64,000 nt of DNA from a virus (taxonomy: Duplodnaviria > Caudoviricetes): positions 32,001 through 96,000 of IMG/VR virus record IMGVR_UViG_2904150443_000004; one strand, written 5' to 3'. The translations under genes and the position numbers were made by a program. Each line of letters begins with the position of its first letter. Positions within the stretch are counted from its first letter, which is position 1. This document shows positions 34,454 through 44,394 of the stretch, in pieces. The notes beneath the pieces were generated by a model. That model worked only from the letters and a program-made list of their open reading frames with translations. It was not told the origin of the DNA and did no database searches.

Positions 34454-34822
34454 GTGAATAGGAGGAGAGCAGCAATGAATAGAAATCTGTGGGGCTATGA
34501 TTACATAGATGGTGAACTCGTTGTAAATGAACGTGAAGCAGACATGGTTCGTCGTGTTTATCGATTTATGGTACGTTTGGATAAATACGATTTACCATTT
34601 AATGATGCAGCGTATATACGCTTAGAGAAGTACTGGATTCGACTTAAGAAACGCGCAGGAATAGAGAATGTATCTAAGCCTTCACCTGATTTCTGGAAGA
34701 ATGAAAGACAATCTAGAGGCGTAATTGGCAAAAATGATGATTCAAAATTATTAGCTCTAGAGTGCGCTCCATTAATTTCTGCTGATTTGTTTGAAAAAGT
34801 AGCAATTGAGACTATGAACTGA
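34454..34822 (+). CDS. Isolated recombinase DNA-binding domain of a large serine recombinase
   Basis: WGYDYIDGELVVNEREADMVRRVY...PLISADLFEKV. Confidence 0.65.
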   Translation: MNRRRAAMNRNLWGYDYIDGELVVNEREADMVRRVYRFMVRLDKYDLPFNDAAYIRLEKYWIRLKKRAGIENVSKPSPDFWKNERQSRGVIGKNDDSKLLALECAPLISADLFEKVAIETMN

Positions 34823-35095
34823 TATTAATGTGGGGGGGAGAGCAGTGAGATACAGAAGAAGATATCTTATTTCATGGACTTGTAATGGCAACAATGGAAG
34901 AGATCATTGGGTAATGGAGAGAAACGGAAAATTATCCGCTGCCGACATAAAGAGACTGGAAAAAGATCTATCTAATAAATGGGGTTTAAGTAGACCAGTG
35001 ATTATTACAAACTACATACAAATCAATTAAAGATAAGATGAAACACGGATTTCATAACACTAATATTATAATTAAAAAAAAATGGAGATGTAGTA

Positions 35096-35653
35096 ATGGG
35101 AAACAACAACATAATAGATCAACAATCTCTATTAATAACAAACCCTGAAATCGTCGAGCATTGGGATTCGTCAAAAAATAAAGGCTGTACACCTGATGAT
35201 GTATTCTCCCATTCACGTAAAAGGATCTTCTGGATTTGCGAGGACGGTCATACTGCATTTGAACCAGTTCGGGTAAGGGTGAAGCGTGGTGGATGTGTAG
35301 AATGTATTAGAAAAGTTAAAAAAGAAATAGTCTCGCCACCCATAGAAATGAGAAATACATTCTATCATCTCCAAAAGAACAGTTCTATGAAACTTAAAGA
35401 TTTCTTCGATATACAGCACGTACCTGCCACTCCAATTGAGGCTTTAGTTTTTATAGAAGCTGGTTCAAATAGAATAAGAATATACAATGTTTTGAGACGA
35501 TATGATATAAGAACACTGGAAGAGCTTCTAGATTGTACTTTTGAAGAGATTTCACGTTTTAGGAATCTAGGGGAGAAAAGCCAGAAAGAATTATTTGAAA
35601 TCTTAAAAGAGTATTTAAATGAGGAAGATCCGGATTATCATCAACGAGTATGA
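35096..35653 (+). CDS. Zinc-ribbon domain fused to an RNA polymerase alpha-CTD-like domain
   Basis: NPEIVEHWD..KN...FWICEDGH...CVEC; RIYNVLRRYDIRTLEELL...RNLGEKSQKEL. Confidence 0.75.
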   Translation: MGNNNIIDQQSLLITNPEIVEHWDSSKNKGCTPDDVFSHSRKRIFWICEDGHTAFEPVRVRVKRGGCVECIRKVKKEIVSPPIEMRNTFYHLQKNSSMKLKDFFDIQHVPATPIEALVFIEAGSNRIRIYNVLRRYDIRTLEELLDCTFEEISRFRNLGEKSQKELFEILKEYLNEEDPDYHQRV

Positions 35654-35680
35654 AATAGATTCTAAGGGGGTGCAAGAATA

Positions 35681-36169
35681 ATGAGTGTTATTGCTTATTG
35701 CAGGGTTGGAACCAATGAACAGAGTTTAGATGGTATGAGAGAAAGACTTGAGTTGTTTGCACATGAGGAGAAATTGATTATCAAAGAATTATTTATTGAT
35801 AAAGGATATAGTTCAAATCAGGAACGTCCAGAATTCGCAAAAGTTAGGCAACTGCTTAATGATGGTGGAGCAACTCTAATTACGCTTAAGGCAAATCAAA
35901 TGTATCGGAACTTTTCAGAACTTCTAAAGTTACTGGATGAAACAAAGAATGCAGGTAGTAGAATTATTACTGCTGATGGTAGCATTGATACAGACAACGA
36001 GGTTAGCTACTTTATCGAAGCACTTAGGAATACAATTGCTGTAATAGAAAATGATCATGAAAGAAATAAAAAGCTTCTCAATGTCTTTAACAAGAGAAAG
36101 AAAGATTTGGAGATTGATGAAGCACAGACACAGACTCACAATATGAAAGACAGGGATTATATCGACTGA
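35681..36169 (+). CDS. Resolvase/serine recombinase catalytic domain, nucleophile Ser replaced by Gly
   Basis: IAYCRVGT (canonical YxRVST), DKGYS and RPEF. Confidence 0.75.
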   Translation: MSVIAYCRVGTNEQSLDGMRERLELFAHEEKLIIKELFIDKGYSSNQERPEFAKVRQLLNDGGATLITLKANQMYRNFSELLKLLDETKNAGSRIITADGSIDTDNEVSYFIEALRNTIAVIENDHERNKKLLNVFNKRKKDLEIDEAQTQTHNMKDRDYID

Positions 36170-36932
36170 TATTAATAAAGAGGAGAATGTTGTAAATGAC
36201 GCAACTCAAAGATCTCTCTAAGAATGCTAGACAAACTTTAGCATACTATGTTGATGTATTAGTAAGAAAACAATTTAGTCTCGAATATCAAGAGCATAGC
36301 GAGAAAGACATAATGAAAGTTGTAGAGCGAGTTAAGGAGAACTACACACGACGCCGATTAGAAAAAGAAGCTTATGAAGAAATTTATAATGCATTGCAGA
36401 GTCAAGAGTTTATAAATGATCTTAAAATATACATCAGTAACTTTTTAAATAATAGACCTACTGTTGAAAGAATCACCTATTATCGTAGTCTCTGTCGACA
36501 ATACGGCTTAGGTATAGGAAGTAATATTAATAAAAAGACATTAGAATTGCGTATTGCTAGGATAATTGAAACTGGCGGTAAAGATCAGAATATTACTCGT
36601 TAAGTGCAAGTAAAAGATTGGTTTCATGGGAGGCTTGGAATTGAAATTACCCAAAGAGATAAAAAGTGCAATTCGAAAGAGCGCGAAGCACTATGCAGCA
36701 GCTAGGGAAGCGAATAATATAGTGCGTGATTATCTAGATCAAGTCTTAGGCTCTGATTATTGCGATTCTTCTGCATTCAATAAAGTAGGTCACGATTTCT
36801 TTCTAGATCAGTTAATTGATGGGACGGAGATAGGTTGCGATCCTGAGAATGTAATTAAGTTTTTTGAAAACAACCTACCAGACGAAGATGAATAAAATAC
36901 TAGTTTCATTAAATTTTGAGAGGTGATTTAAG

Positions 36933-37556
36933 TTGAAATATACTTTACAAGAAAACGGTATAGATTCTTTAAAGGCCACATATGTCAATATTGAAAAAAT
37001 GCATAATCTCTTAGAAGGAATCGAGCATTGTCTAAAAGATTGTATTCTGACTATGCATCATTCAATAGAGATTTTGTTCAAATCAATCCTAAAAGACATA
37101 GACGAGAGTCTTATCTTCTCAAATAGAGATAGGTATGAAAAGGCTAAAGAGGCTGCACTAAAACAAAAGAAAAAAGATGTGTTTGAAGTAAACCCAACAT
37201 TAAGAACTATTACTTTGTTTGAAGCGGTTGAACTTGCCGAGAATGAATGTGACCTTAGTATCCCAGAGAAATATAAGGTGCTGATAAACTATCTAAACAA
37301 AATTCGAAACCAGCTTACTCACTATGGGATTGAATTTGACGATGCAGAAGTTTTAAAGTTAACTGTAAACCTGCAATTGTGTTATGAATATACTATTAAT
37401 TTCTTCAAGTCTCACATTGCTGAATTGGAGAAGCTACTAAATAACGCTAGATTTGAAATGTCTTTGGATGAATATGAGAGTAATATGTCTGATATCTATG
37501 CAGACATGGCTTATGAAGAACATAGAGAAGAGCGATTATTGCACGGTTTTGAATAA
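36933..37556 (+). CDS. HEPN-like protein, candidate defence RNase
   Basis: EILFK motif and RNQLTH (Rx4H). Confidence 0.55.
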   Translation: MKYTLQENGIDSLKATYVNIEKMHNLLEGIEHCLKDCILTMHHSIEILFKSILKDIDESLIFSNRDRYEKAKEAALKQKKKDVFEVNPTLRTITLFEAVELAENECDLSIPEKYKVLINYLNKIRNQLTHYGIEFDDAEVLKLTVNLQLCYEYTINFFKSHIAELEKLLNNARFEMSLDEYESNMSDIYADMAYEEHREERLLHGFE

Positions 37557-37633
37557 AGTGACTATGAAAGAGTTTGTTCATAATTTAATCGATCTTTTAT
37601 GTCTAAAATCAAAAGAGGAAGAAGGTTGGTTTA

Positions 37634-38260
37634 ATGACTGCTATAAATTTTATTTATGAAGAAAATCAGGTCACTATTTATATGGATACTCTTTCACTAG
37701 ACTTAAATCGAAGACCACTTAAGTTTGTGAGCAAAATATATCCTATCCCTCATTTAAAGACAGTAATTTGTGGTACTGGTAATATGGATCTTATTTTGGA
37801 TTGGGTCTATTTTGTTCAAAGGAAACTAACTGCGGCAGACATTGCATACTTACGGGAAATTACATCTGAAACATTAAGTGAATTGAATAAAAAATACCCA
37901 CCCGATATCAGTACAACAATATACCAATTTGGTTATTCTCAAATAGATGAAAAGATTAAAGGATATGCTTATAGAAGTACTAATAGTTTCAATCAAGAAG
38001 AATATGATTATGGTTTTGGGATTAAGCCACAAATTGACTTTGATTTTGGATCTGAGGTGGATCTAGAAAGTGCTTTTGTTCATCTTATGATTAAACAAAA
38101 AGAAAATGATGATTTGAGTCCTACACGCATAGGAATTGGTGGAGAGATCCAGAGACTGATTATGAAAAAGGATACATTCTTATTGCAAACAATACACCGA
38201 TTTTCAGACTTTGATGAATGTTACGCTGAGATACTTGAGAATTTAAAGAATTATAAATGA
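37634..38260 (+). CDS. Ntn-hydrolase/proteasome-beta-like protein (tentative)
   Basis: N-terminal M-T, then D, SKI, GTG and IGG spacing. Confidence 0.45.
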   Translation: MTAINFIYEENQVTIYMDTLSLDLNRRPLKFVSKIYPIPHLKTVICGTGNMDLILDWVYFVQRKLTAADIAYLREITSETLSELNKKYPPDISTTIYQFGYSQIDEKIKGYAYRSTNSFNQEEYDYGFGIKPQIDFDFGSEVDLESAFVHLMIKQKENDDLSPTRIGIGGEIQRLIMKKDTFLLQTIHRFSDFDECYAEILENLKNYK

Positions 38261-38317
38261 GCCAAACTACTACACAGTTTGAGTGCATAAAAATCGAAGT
38301 AATATTAAGAGGGGTGT

Positions 38318-38764
38318 GTGAAGCTGCATGATTTTGAAATAGATGAGATCAAACGATTGGGATTAGATTTTCGTCAAGCAATAATGTCACTACCACTTAG
38401 TAAATTCCCTAATTCATCATTTTTTGAAAACTTTCCTCGTGGCTGCTGTGGAGATACATGTCACTTGTTTGCAAAGTATCTGATGTTTAAAGGCTATGAG
38501 GTAGATTACGTATGGGGATGGAAGGGGAAGCAATCTCATGCTTGGCTAGAACATAATAATCTAATTGTTGATTTAACTGCCGATCAATTTTCTGATATTG
38601 ATGAAACAGTCGTTGTTACATGTGATAAAAGCTGGTATAACACCATTCAAAAACAACAGAAGAGTGAAGTTGATTTTGAAAAGTTCGACGGTTATAACCA
38701 TGTAAGATTAAAAAAAATTTATAATAACATTCTTGAGATATTACATAACGAGGATGAAACCTGA
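38318..38764 (+). CDS. Papain/transglutaminase-like protein
   Basis: GCCGDTC...HAWLE...DLTADQF (Cys-His-Asp). Confidence 0.65.
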   Translation: MKLHDFEIDEIKRLGLDFRQAIMSLPLSKFPNSSFFENFPRGCCGDTCHLFAKYLMFKGYEVDYVWGWKGKQSHAWLEHNNLIVDLTADQFSDIDETVVVTCDKSWYNTIQKQQKSEVDFEKFDGYNHVRLKKIYNNILEILHNEDET

Positions 38765-38784
38765 ATTTCATAACTCATTACAAC

Positions 38785-39384
38785 ATGTTTTATGAGAACT
38801 ACTATAACTTAATGAGGACGATTAGATCGATGAGAAAGTGTATATTGCCTCTATTGATTGTTCTGGCCTTACTATCAGGATGTTCAAATAATTCTAATCT
38901 TTCAGACGGAAATAATGAGCCGCTAGATAGTATGTCTCTTATGGACAAGTTAGTTTCAGATGGTCACCCTAAATATGGCGATGATTACGAGTCATTTAAA
39001 AGCTTCTATGGGAAAGATAAGAATAAATATTTCCTTTCTGGATTACTATATGCCGAGTATTTTAAAGATAAGCCAATCAATGATTTGCAGATTTATTTTC
39101 AAAATAATAATATTTCAATAAGTGTTAAGGAAGCGTTTGACTTGGCAAATAAGTTTGCTCCAGATGACTTTAAGGATAGTCATGAATTAGTAAACGAGTA
39201 TGCACTACGGTCTTCCGATGAAGATGTACACTACTATATCAAGGAATATTTTAAGAAGAACAATAGCGAATTTTTAGCTCCAATTCATATTTATGTAGAA
39301 ACTGATAAGGATGAAGTGAAAATGCTAAGAATGGCGAGCTCAACTCCAAGGTATTTTGAAACATATAAGCGAAATAATAAGTGA
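38785..39384 (+). CDS. Lipoprotein
   Basis: Lipobox LLSGC after a hydrophobic stretch. Confidence 0.75.
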   Translation: MFYENYYNLMRTIRSMRKCILPLLIVLALLSGCSNNSNLSDGNNEPLDSMSLMDKLVSDGHPKYGDDYESFKSFYGKDKNKYFLSGLLYAEYFKDKPINDLQIYFQNNNISISVKEAFDLANKFAPDDFKDSHELVNEYALRSSDEDVHYYIKEYFKKNNSEFLAPIHIYVETDKDEVKMLRMASSTPRYFETYKRNNK

Positions 39385-40283
39385 AAATATCAATAATGGA
39401 GGAATGAATATGGGGTATTTAATAGGAATTTCTTTGTACGTACTGCTTGCAGCTATTCCAATCACAGCTATGATTGCTGCGCTAAGAATGAAGAGGAAAT
39501 TTATCAGAGAGCAGAGAGAAAGAGAAATTAAGTTTGCTATTGAGATGGAAAAATTGTTTGAAATAGATAAGCTTCCAAAAGAGAAACAGGATTCATTCCG
39601 AAAAGCGTTCAAATGAAAACTGACTTTCAATGTATGTGGAGGAAGGTATTATGGAATTATTACTTGAAGAAGATAAACAGTTTTATGGACTTTTCGAAAA
39701 GTACCTGAAAGGCAAATCTGGTAGAATTGAGATTGCCTTAGGAATTGATTATACGATAGACATTAACAATTATGTCGCCTTAGTTGTTGAAGATTGGTAT
39801 GAAGATAAAATACCAATGCTATCAGATTTAAGAAGTAAGAATTGTTACAATACAGATGAAATTTTTTCAATATGGCATAAGTTCACGAAAATAGTTTGCT
39901 GTGATGAAGAAACAAATAAAAGTAATAAAGATGATGAGGATGACCACTTGTCTGATAATTTTGCATTCTCATTGATTTATGATGAAGGTGAAGAGTATAT
40001 GGTTAGTTTTTACTATGAATAAAAGTTCACTTTCACTCTGCGCGAAAGGTAGTGATGGGAATTGAGTAATGCTCAGTCATTTTCAAGGTCGAGAGTTATT
40101 GAGACAATAAAGTTTCACCATAATAAAATGAAATCTCTTGAGAAAAATATTAAAGATGATTCAATTACTGATACAGCTAAAAGCGATATGCTCTCAGATT
40201 ATCTAATCATAAAAGAACTGGTTGAGCATTATTGTAAAGGGTTTGGGCTAAGTGAGAACGAACTGTCTGGCAAGCTAGTTTAA
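39356..40283 (+). other. Three small hypothetical genes (39356/39403 membrane, 39630, 40062)
   Basis: Separated by boundary motifs at 39614 and 40020. Confidence 0.65.
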
Positions 40284-40520
40284 TATTCGACTCTAGAAGT
40301 GCTAAAAAACAATTATCGACCTTTAACTACACATTATAAATGAATATATGAGCACACAGACATATATACGAGTCTACTATAATAGATTATAATGAAATTA
40401 TCTTTTTAAAATTCTTATACATATCTTACATTTGTTTTTTAATGTGAGTATGTATATTTTTTGTTTTTTGTGTTACACTTCATATTATTATGATATTTCG
40501 CTCTTAGAGGAGATGATAGA

Positions 40521-41858
40521 ATGAGTGGAAATGTACAAACGGTTGACCTGTACGAAGTGCTTCCAGATGTGCTTACTGAAGTGAATAAAAACAAAGAAAT
40601 GCAAAGAGATATTGAAGAGATACTTGCAACAAAACATAACATCGCAAGAGGAACATTTGCTGAAATTTTGATAAATAATGGTCGTTTCGACGAAATATTA
40701 AATAACATTGAACGTACAGTCGTTGTTAAAGTTGTGAATGAAATAACTAATGACAATAGAGTGAATCCAAGTAATTTTTACACAAAAACGGAGATCAATA
40801 AAGCAAATAAGTACAAAAGAACAAATGGTGGAGAAGTGTCACTTCCATATACTTTTGAGTCTGTACTGAAGACTTCAGATATTGATTATTTAACCGTTTT
40901 AAGTTACCAAGACATCGCAAAACTTTGGAACTACGGAATTCTAACTTACAATTTCCAATCTCAAAGATTATCCAAGAAAAAAATGAATTCAAAAAATAAA
41001 ATTGTTGAGAAGGCTGATGTTAATTTACGAAGCGTGAAAAACATTGTTAGATTGATGCAAGAGGGCAAATATAGTCCATCAACATTACTATTTAATGTAC
41101 TTGTCGATGGTAAAAGTTCTATTGAATACGAAGATGGAGAACTTACAGTTACCGAAGAAAGTACTATCAACTTAATTGATGGCATGCATCGCGTACAAGC
41201 TATTTTGAAGGTGATTGAAGAGAATCCTGATTTTGAAGGGTATATGAATGTTGATATAAAACATTACACCCTTGAGAAAGCTCAACAGCTCTTAGCCATA
41301 ACAAATATGGTAAACCGTTTTGATAAGACATTGATCAAAAATTATATGGCTGAATCGATTGGCGCGAAGATTACAAAAGATTTGATGACTATAGCTGAAC
41401 TCAAAAATAAAGTGTCTATTAAGACCACTTTAGACAAGAAGCTTAATTACTACACAAACTTTGCAATCTTGTCTGAAGCTATTGAATCTGTATTTGAGCC
41501 TGAAAATACTAAGGATCAGTTCGACTATGCCGATGTTCTTAAAAAGTTCTTCGGTTACATGATCCCCTCATATGAAGAGAAATTCAAAAATAAGAACGAG
41601 GAAATCAAAACAAGTTGGTTTACACATCACAACATGTTCGTAGGTTTTGTAGTGATTGCTAAGAAACTTTATGATAAATACGGAAAAGATTATCCAGTTG
41701 ATGAGATTGTAAGAATTATTGATGGAATAGACTTTTCGAAGAATGAAGATTCTGAACTGAATCAGATTTTGACAACACAAGGGAAAGTAAATAGTAATAA
41801 AGTTAAGAAGAATATTAGAGAGTTTTTTGATACGAAGGTAGACGAGCTGCTTTCATAA
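40521..41858 (+). CDS. DndB/DGQHR-family ParB-like protein (YopQ/SroE-like)
   Basis: INLIDGMHR motif; about 445 aa; directly upstream of the YopR-like gene. Confidence 0.8.
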   Translation: MSGNVQTVDLYEVLPDVLTEVNKNKEMQRDIEEILATKHNIARGTFAEILINNGRFDEILNNIERTVVVKVVNEITNDNRVNPSNFYTKTEINKANKYKRTNGGEVSLPYTFESVLKTSDIDYLTVLSYQDIAKLWNYGILTYNFQSQRLSKKKMNSKNKIVEKADVNLRSVKNIVRLMQEGKYSPSTLLFNVLVDGKSSIEYEDGELTVTEESTINLIDGMHRVQAILKVIEENPDFEGYMNVDIKHYTLEKAQQLLAITNMVNRFDKTLIKNYMAESIGAKITKDLMTIAELKNKVSIKTTLDKKLNYYTNFAILSEAIESVFEPENTKDQFDYADVLKKFFGYMIPSYEEKFKNKNEEIKTSWFTHHNMFVGFVVIAKKLYDKYGKDYPVDEIVRIIDGIDFSKNEDSELNQILTTQGKVNSNKVKKNIREFFDTKVDELLS

Positions 41859-41891
41859 GTAGCTCATAATCCTCTCAAGGAGGTATTTGTT

Positions 41892-42869
41892 TTGTCTAAT
41901 AAGATATATGAAGATAAATTGTTCAATGAAGATTTAAAATATGAGTTCATCAATCAATATGGATTTGGTACTCAAAAAGTTATTGTTCGCCTATTTAAGG
42001 TTTCTCAAGTAATGGAGTCTGATATGGGAAAGGATATATATGACTTCAATCGTGAGGAATTAAGAAAATTCTTTTTTTATCTTTTACCTAAGACTGAAGC
42101 TGCGAGTAATTCGAATGTCACTTGGATTCAGAAATATATTGAGTGGGCAATTGATGAAGGCTATAAGGAAGGGCTAAACCCTCTCGACATGGTCGATTCA
42201 ACTTGGAAGAAGCAGTTTGCTAATGCTAATCTGAAGCAGCTCTGGACTGACAAAGAGATAGATGAGATTGTTGACCCAACTAAACGTGCTAATTATCAAG
42301 ACGCTGCACTTGTTATGATGCTTTTCTCAGGGATTAAAGGCCAAGGGAACAGTGAAATACTTAGTCTTAGAGAAAAGGATATAAACTTTAAAACAAATGA
42401 AGTGCTATTACACGATGAAGATGGAAGCACAAGGACTACAATCGTAAGTGATAAATGTATTGAATTCATGCGTAAGGCATTAAATGAGACAGAATATGAA
42501 AAGATGAATGGCTTTGCTTCGCCAGATATCAAAGCTCCAACTGCGAAGTTGGTTGAAAATGAATATGTGATCAAGAGTGCAACAACACGCACTATTCACT
42601 TTGAAGAGGCAGATAAGTTCATTGTAAGTAGAAGGATCTCAAAAATTGCAGATGAATTAAATATGCCTACATTTACGCCTACTGCAATCTTTAGAAGTGG
42701 CATGCTCGCACTGGCTAAGGATGCTTACTTGCAGTCTGGTGAGTTAACTGATGACGCAGTAAAAGTGATTCAAGTGAAATTTGGTGGTAGTGGTGACACA
42801 ATCGATTATAGATTGAAGCAAGATTTATTAAATGCAGAACTTGTAAAAGAAGTTTATCAAATACCCTAG
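41892..42869 (+). CDS. Catalytically degenerate integrase-fold repressor (YopR/MrpR/SroF-like)
   Basis: MGKDIYDFNREEL N-terminus, FSGIKG (catalytic R lost), AIFRSGM (HxxR lost). Confidence 0.8.
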   Translation: MSNKIYEDKLFNEDLKYEFINQYGFGTQKVIVRLFKVSQVMESDMGKDIYDFNREELRKFFFYLLPKTEAASNSNVTWIQKYIEWAIDEGYKEGLNPLDMVDSTWKKQFANANLKQLWTDKEIDEIVDPTKRANYQDAALVMMLFSGIKGQGNSEILSLREKDINFKTNEVLLHDEDGSTRTTIVSDKCIEFMRKALNETEYEKMNGFASPDIKAPTAKLVENEYVIKSATTRTIHFEEADKFIVSRRISKIADELNMPTFTPTAIFRSGMLALAKDAYLQSGELTDDAVKVIQVKFGGSGDTIDYRLKQDLLNAELVKEVYQIP

Positions 42870-42931
42870 ATTATAATTCTAGGGTATTTTTATTATTTTG
42901 CTTGACTATATGGAGATAAATATGGTAAATT
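42859..42931 (+). promoter_or_regulatory. Terminator followed by the promoter of the agr-like operon
   Basis: AAATACCCTAGA/TCTAGGGTATTT hairpin; TTGACT(42902) and TGnTAAATT(42923-42931). Confidence 0.65.
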
Positions 42932-42959
42932 ATACTCATAAAGAAGAGGGGATAGAAGA

Positions 42960-43481
42960 GTGATAAGTAAATTAAGTAAAAAGTTAGCGAAATATTTGTT
43001 TAGTAATATTGATGAGAATGATATGACTAGATTTGCCAACAAGGGATATGATATAGTTGAACTAGAGAGCAGGTTAAAAGTATTATTTATATACATGTTT
43101 ATGATACCAATTATTATCATTGAAAGTGCATTTACGGGATTATGGATGGAGAATCTTATTTCACTAGTTATAGTTTTTGGATTAAGAGTTCTAAATAAAG
43201 GGCATCACTTTTCGCCTGATGTGTGTCTTATTGTTACAACTTCTATTATTGTATCTGTGCCTTTGATTAGTGAGTTTTTAAATAATGATTTATTAAAATT
43301 AAATATAGTAATAATAACAATTATATTATACATATTGTTTCCAGAACAGTTGAGTACTAAGAATTATCATAAGAAATTTATTTCAATAATATTGTGTGTT
43401 TTTGGTTATTACTTAATTGATTTACTTTTAGCTGCTCTGTTTATCTTATCATTTGATCAACTAAAACTAAAAAGAGGGTAG
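42960..43481 (+). CDS. agrB: AgrB-family peptide-processing membrane protease (AloB-like)
   Basis: MISKLSKKLAKY amphipathic N-terminus; LRVLNKGHHFSPDVC with catalytic His and Cys; multiple TM helices. Confidence 0.85.
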   Translation: MISKLSKKLAKYLFSNIDENDMTRFANKGYDIVELESRLKVLFIYMFMIPIIIIESAFTGLWMENLISLVIVFGLRVLNKGHHFSPDVCLIVTTSIIVSVPLISEFLNNDLLKLNIVIITIILYILFPEQLSTKNYHKKFISIILCVFGYYLIDLLLAALFILSFDQLKLKRG

Positions 43482-43490
43482 GGCATTTTA

Positions 43491-44153
43491 ATGCTAAATG
43501 ACTTTTTAGGGTATTCGCTATTTTCAACTTTAGAATATCTGGGTATATTCTATATGATATTTACGCTATTTAGCTTACATCCTTCTTATCACATTATTAA
43601 ATTAGTAACAATGTCATTAATAATATCAATATTGTCGTATATATGTGTAGTTTTTAAAATATACGACCTCATTCCAGCACCTTTGATAACAATACTTACA
43701 ATATCTATGATGATTCATTTTATAATAAGAAAAAAAGTTGTTTATAGTTTTGTTATCACTGGAGCTGGTGTAGCAATTGCGGCAGGTATACAACTAAGTA
43801 CCACAGGTTTGTTCCTTTTGAATAATTTTCTATCCATAGAGCAATTATCACATTCATTTGGTATTAAGACATATGTGATACAGTCAATAAATACATTCGC
43901 ATACTTCTCGATATCATTAATTTCACATCACACACATGGTCGCTTTGGTTACAGCTTTAGAAAAGGGAATGAATATAAGAAATTTGTTGTGCTTGCATTG
44001 TTACTAGTGGTAACTATATCAATATTTTTCATAGCGTTCTCATTTATTGACACAACTGAGTTGACATATTTATTTTTATTTATTGTAGTTGTATTATCAG
44101 CTATTATTTTCTTATACCTGTCTAATAAACAAGATGAGTATGAATTTAAATAA
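43491..44153 (+). CDS. Polytopic membrane sensor (AgrC-N/AloC-like) lacking a kinase domain
   Basis: About 7 TM helices, 220 aa, no H-box or ATPase domain; lies between agrB and the peptide gene. Confidence 0.7.
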   Translation: MLNDFLGYSLFSTLEYLGIFYMIFTLFSLHPSYHIIKLVTMSLIISILSYICVVFKIYDLIPAPLITILTISMMIHFIIRKKVVYSFVITGAGVAIAAGIQLSTTGLFLLNNFLSIEQLSHSFGIKTYVIQSINTFAYFSISLISHHTHGRFGYSFRKGNEYKKFVVLALLLVVTISIFFIAFSFIDTTELTYLFLFIVVVLSAIIFLYLSNKQDEYEFK

Positions 44154-44187
44154 TATATAAGTTAACTAATTTGAGGAGGTGAATAAA

Positions 44188-44295
44188 ATGAAAAAGTCGA
44201 AAATGAATGTAGCAGGTGCATTGCTTGTGGCTGTGTTTGCACTTCCATCTGTAGTTGTTGGCAAGTTCTTCTTGTTCTGTGATACAAGCAAGTAA
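44188..44295 (+). CDS. 35-aa signalling pro-peptide (AgrD/AloP-like), absent from the ORF track
   Basis: GAGGAGGTG RBS; MKKSKMNVAGALLVAVFALPSVVVGKFFLFCDTSK; hairpin at 44339-44361 downstream. Confidence 0.8.
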   Translation: MKKSKMNVAGALLVAVFALPSVVVGKFFLFCDTSK

Positions 44296-44394
44296 TATCA
44301 AACATAAAGAGTTACATAAGAATTATACATAGTGAAATGAGCGTATCTATTTGATACGCTCTAAATACACCATCGCATCAACAATAATAAGGGG

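Noticed and set aside
9865-40520. Arbitrium aimR-aimP-aimX locus
   Set aside because: No roughly 380-aa TPR receptor followed by a short signal-peptide gene was recognised in the expected interval.
41892-42869. Active prophage integrase
   Set aside because: Catalytic Arg and HxxR are degenerate; it fits a YopR/MrpR-type repressor.
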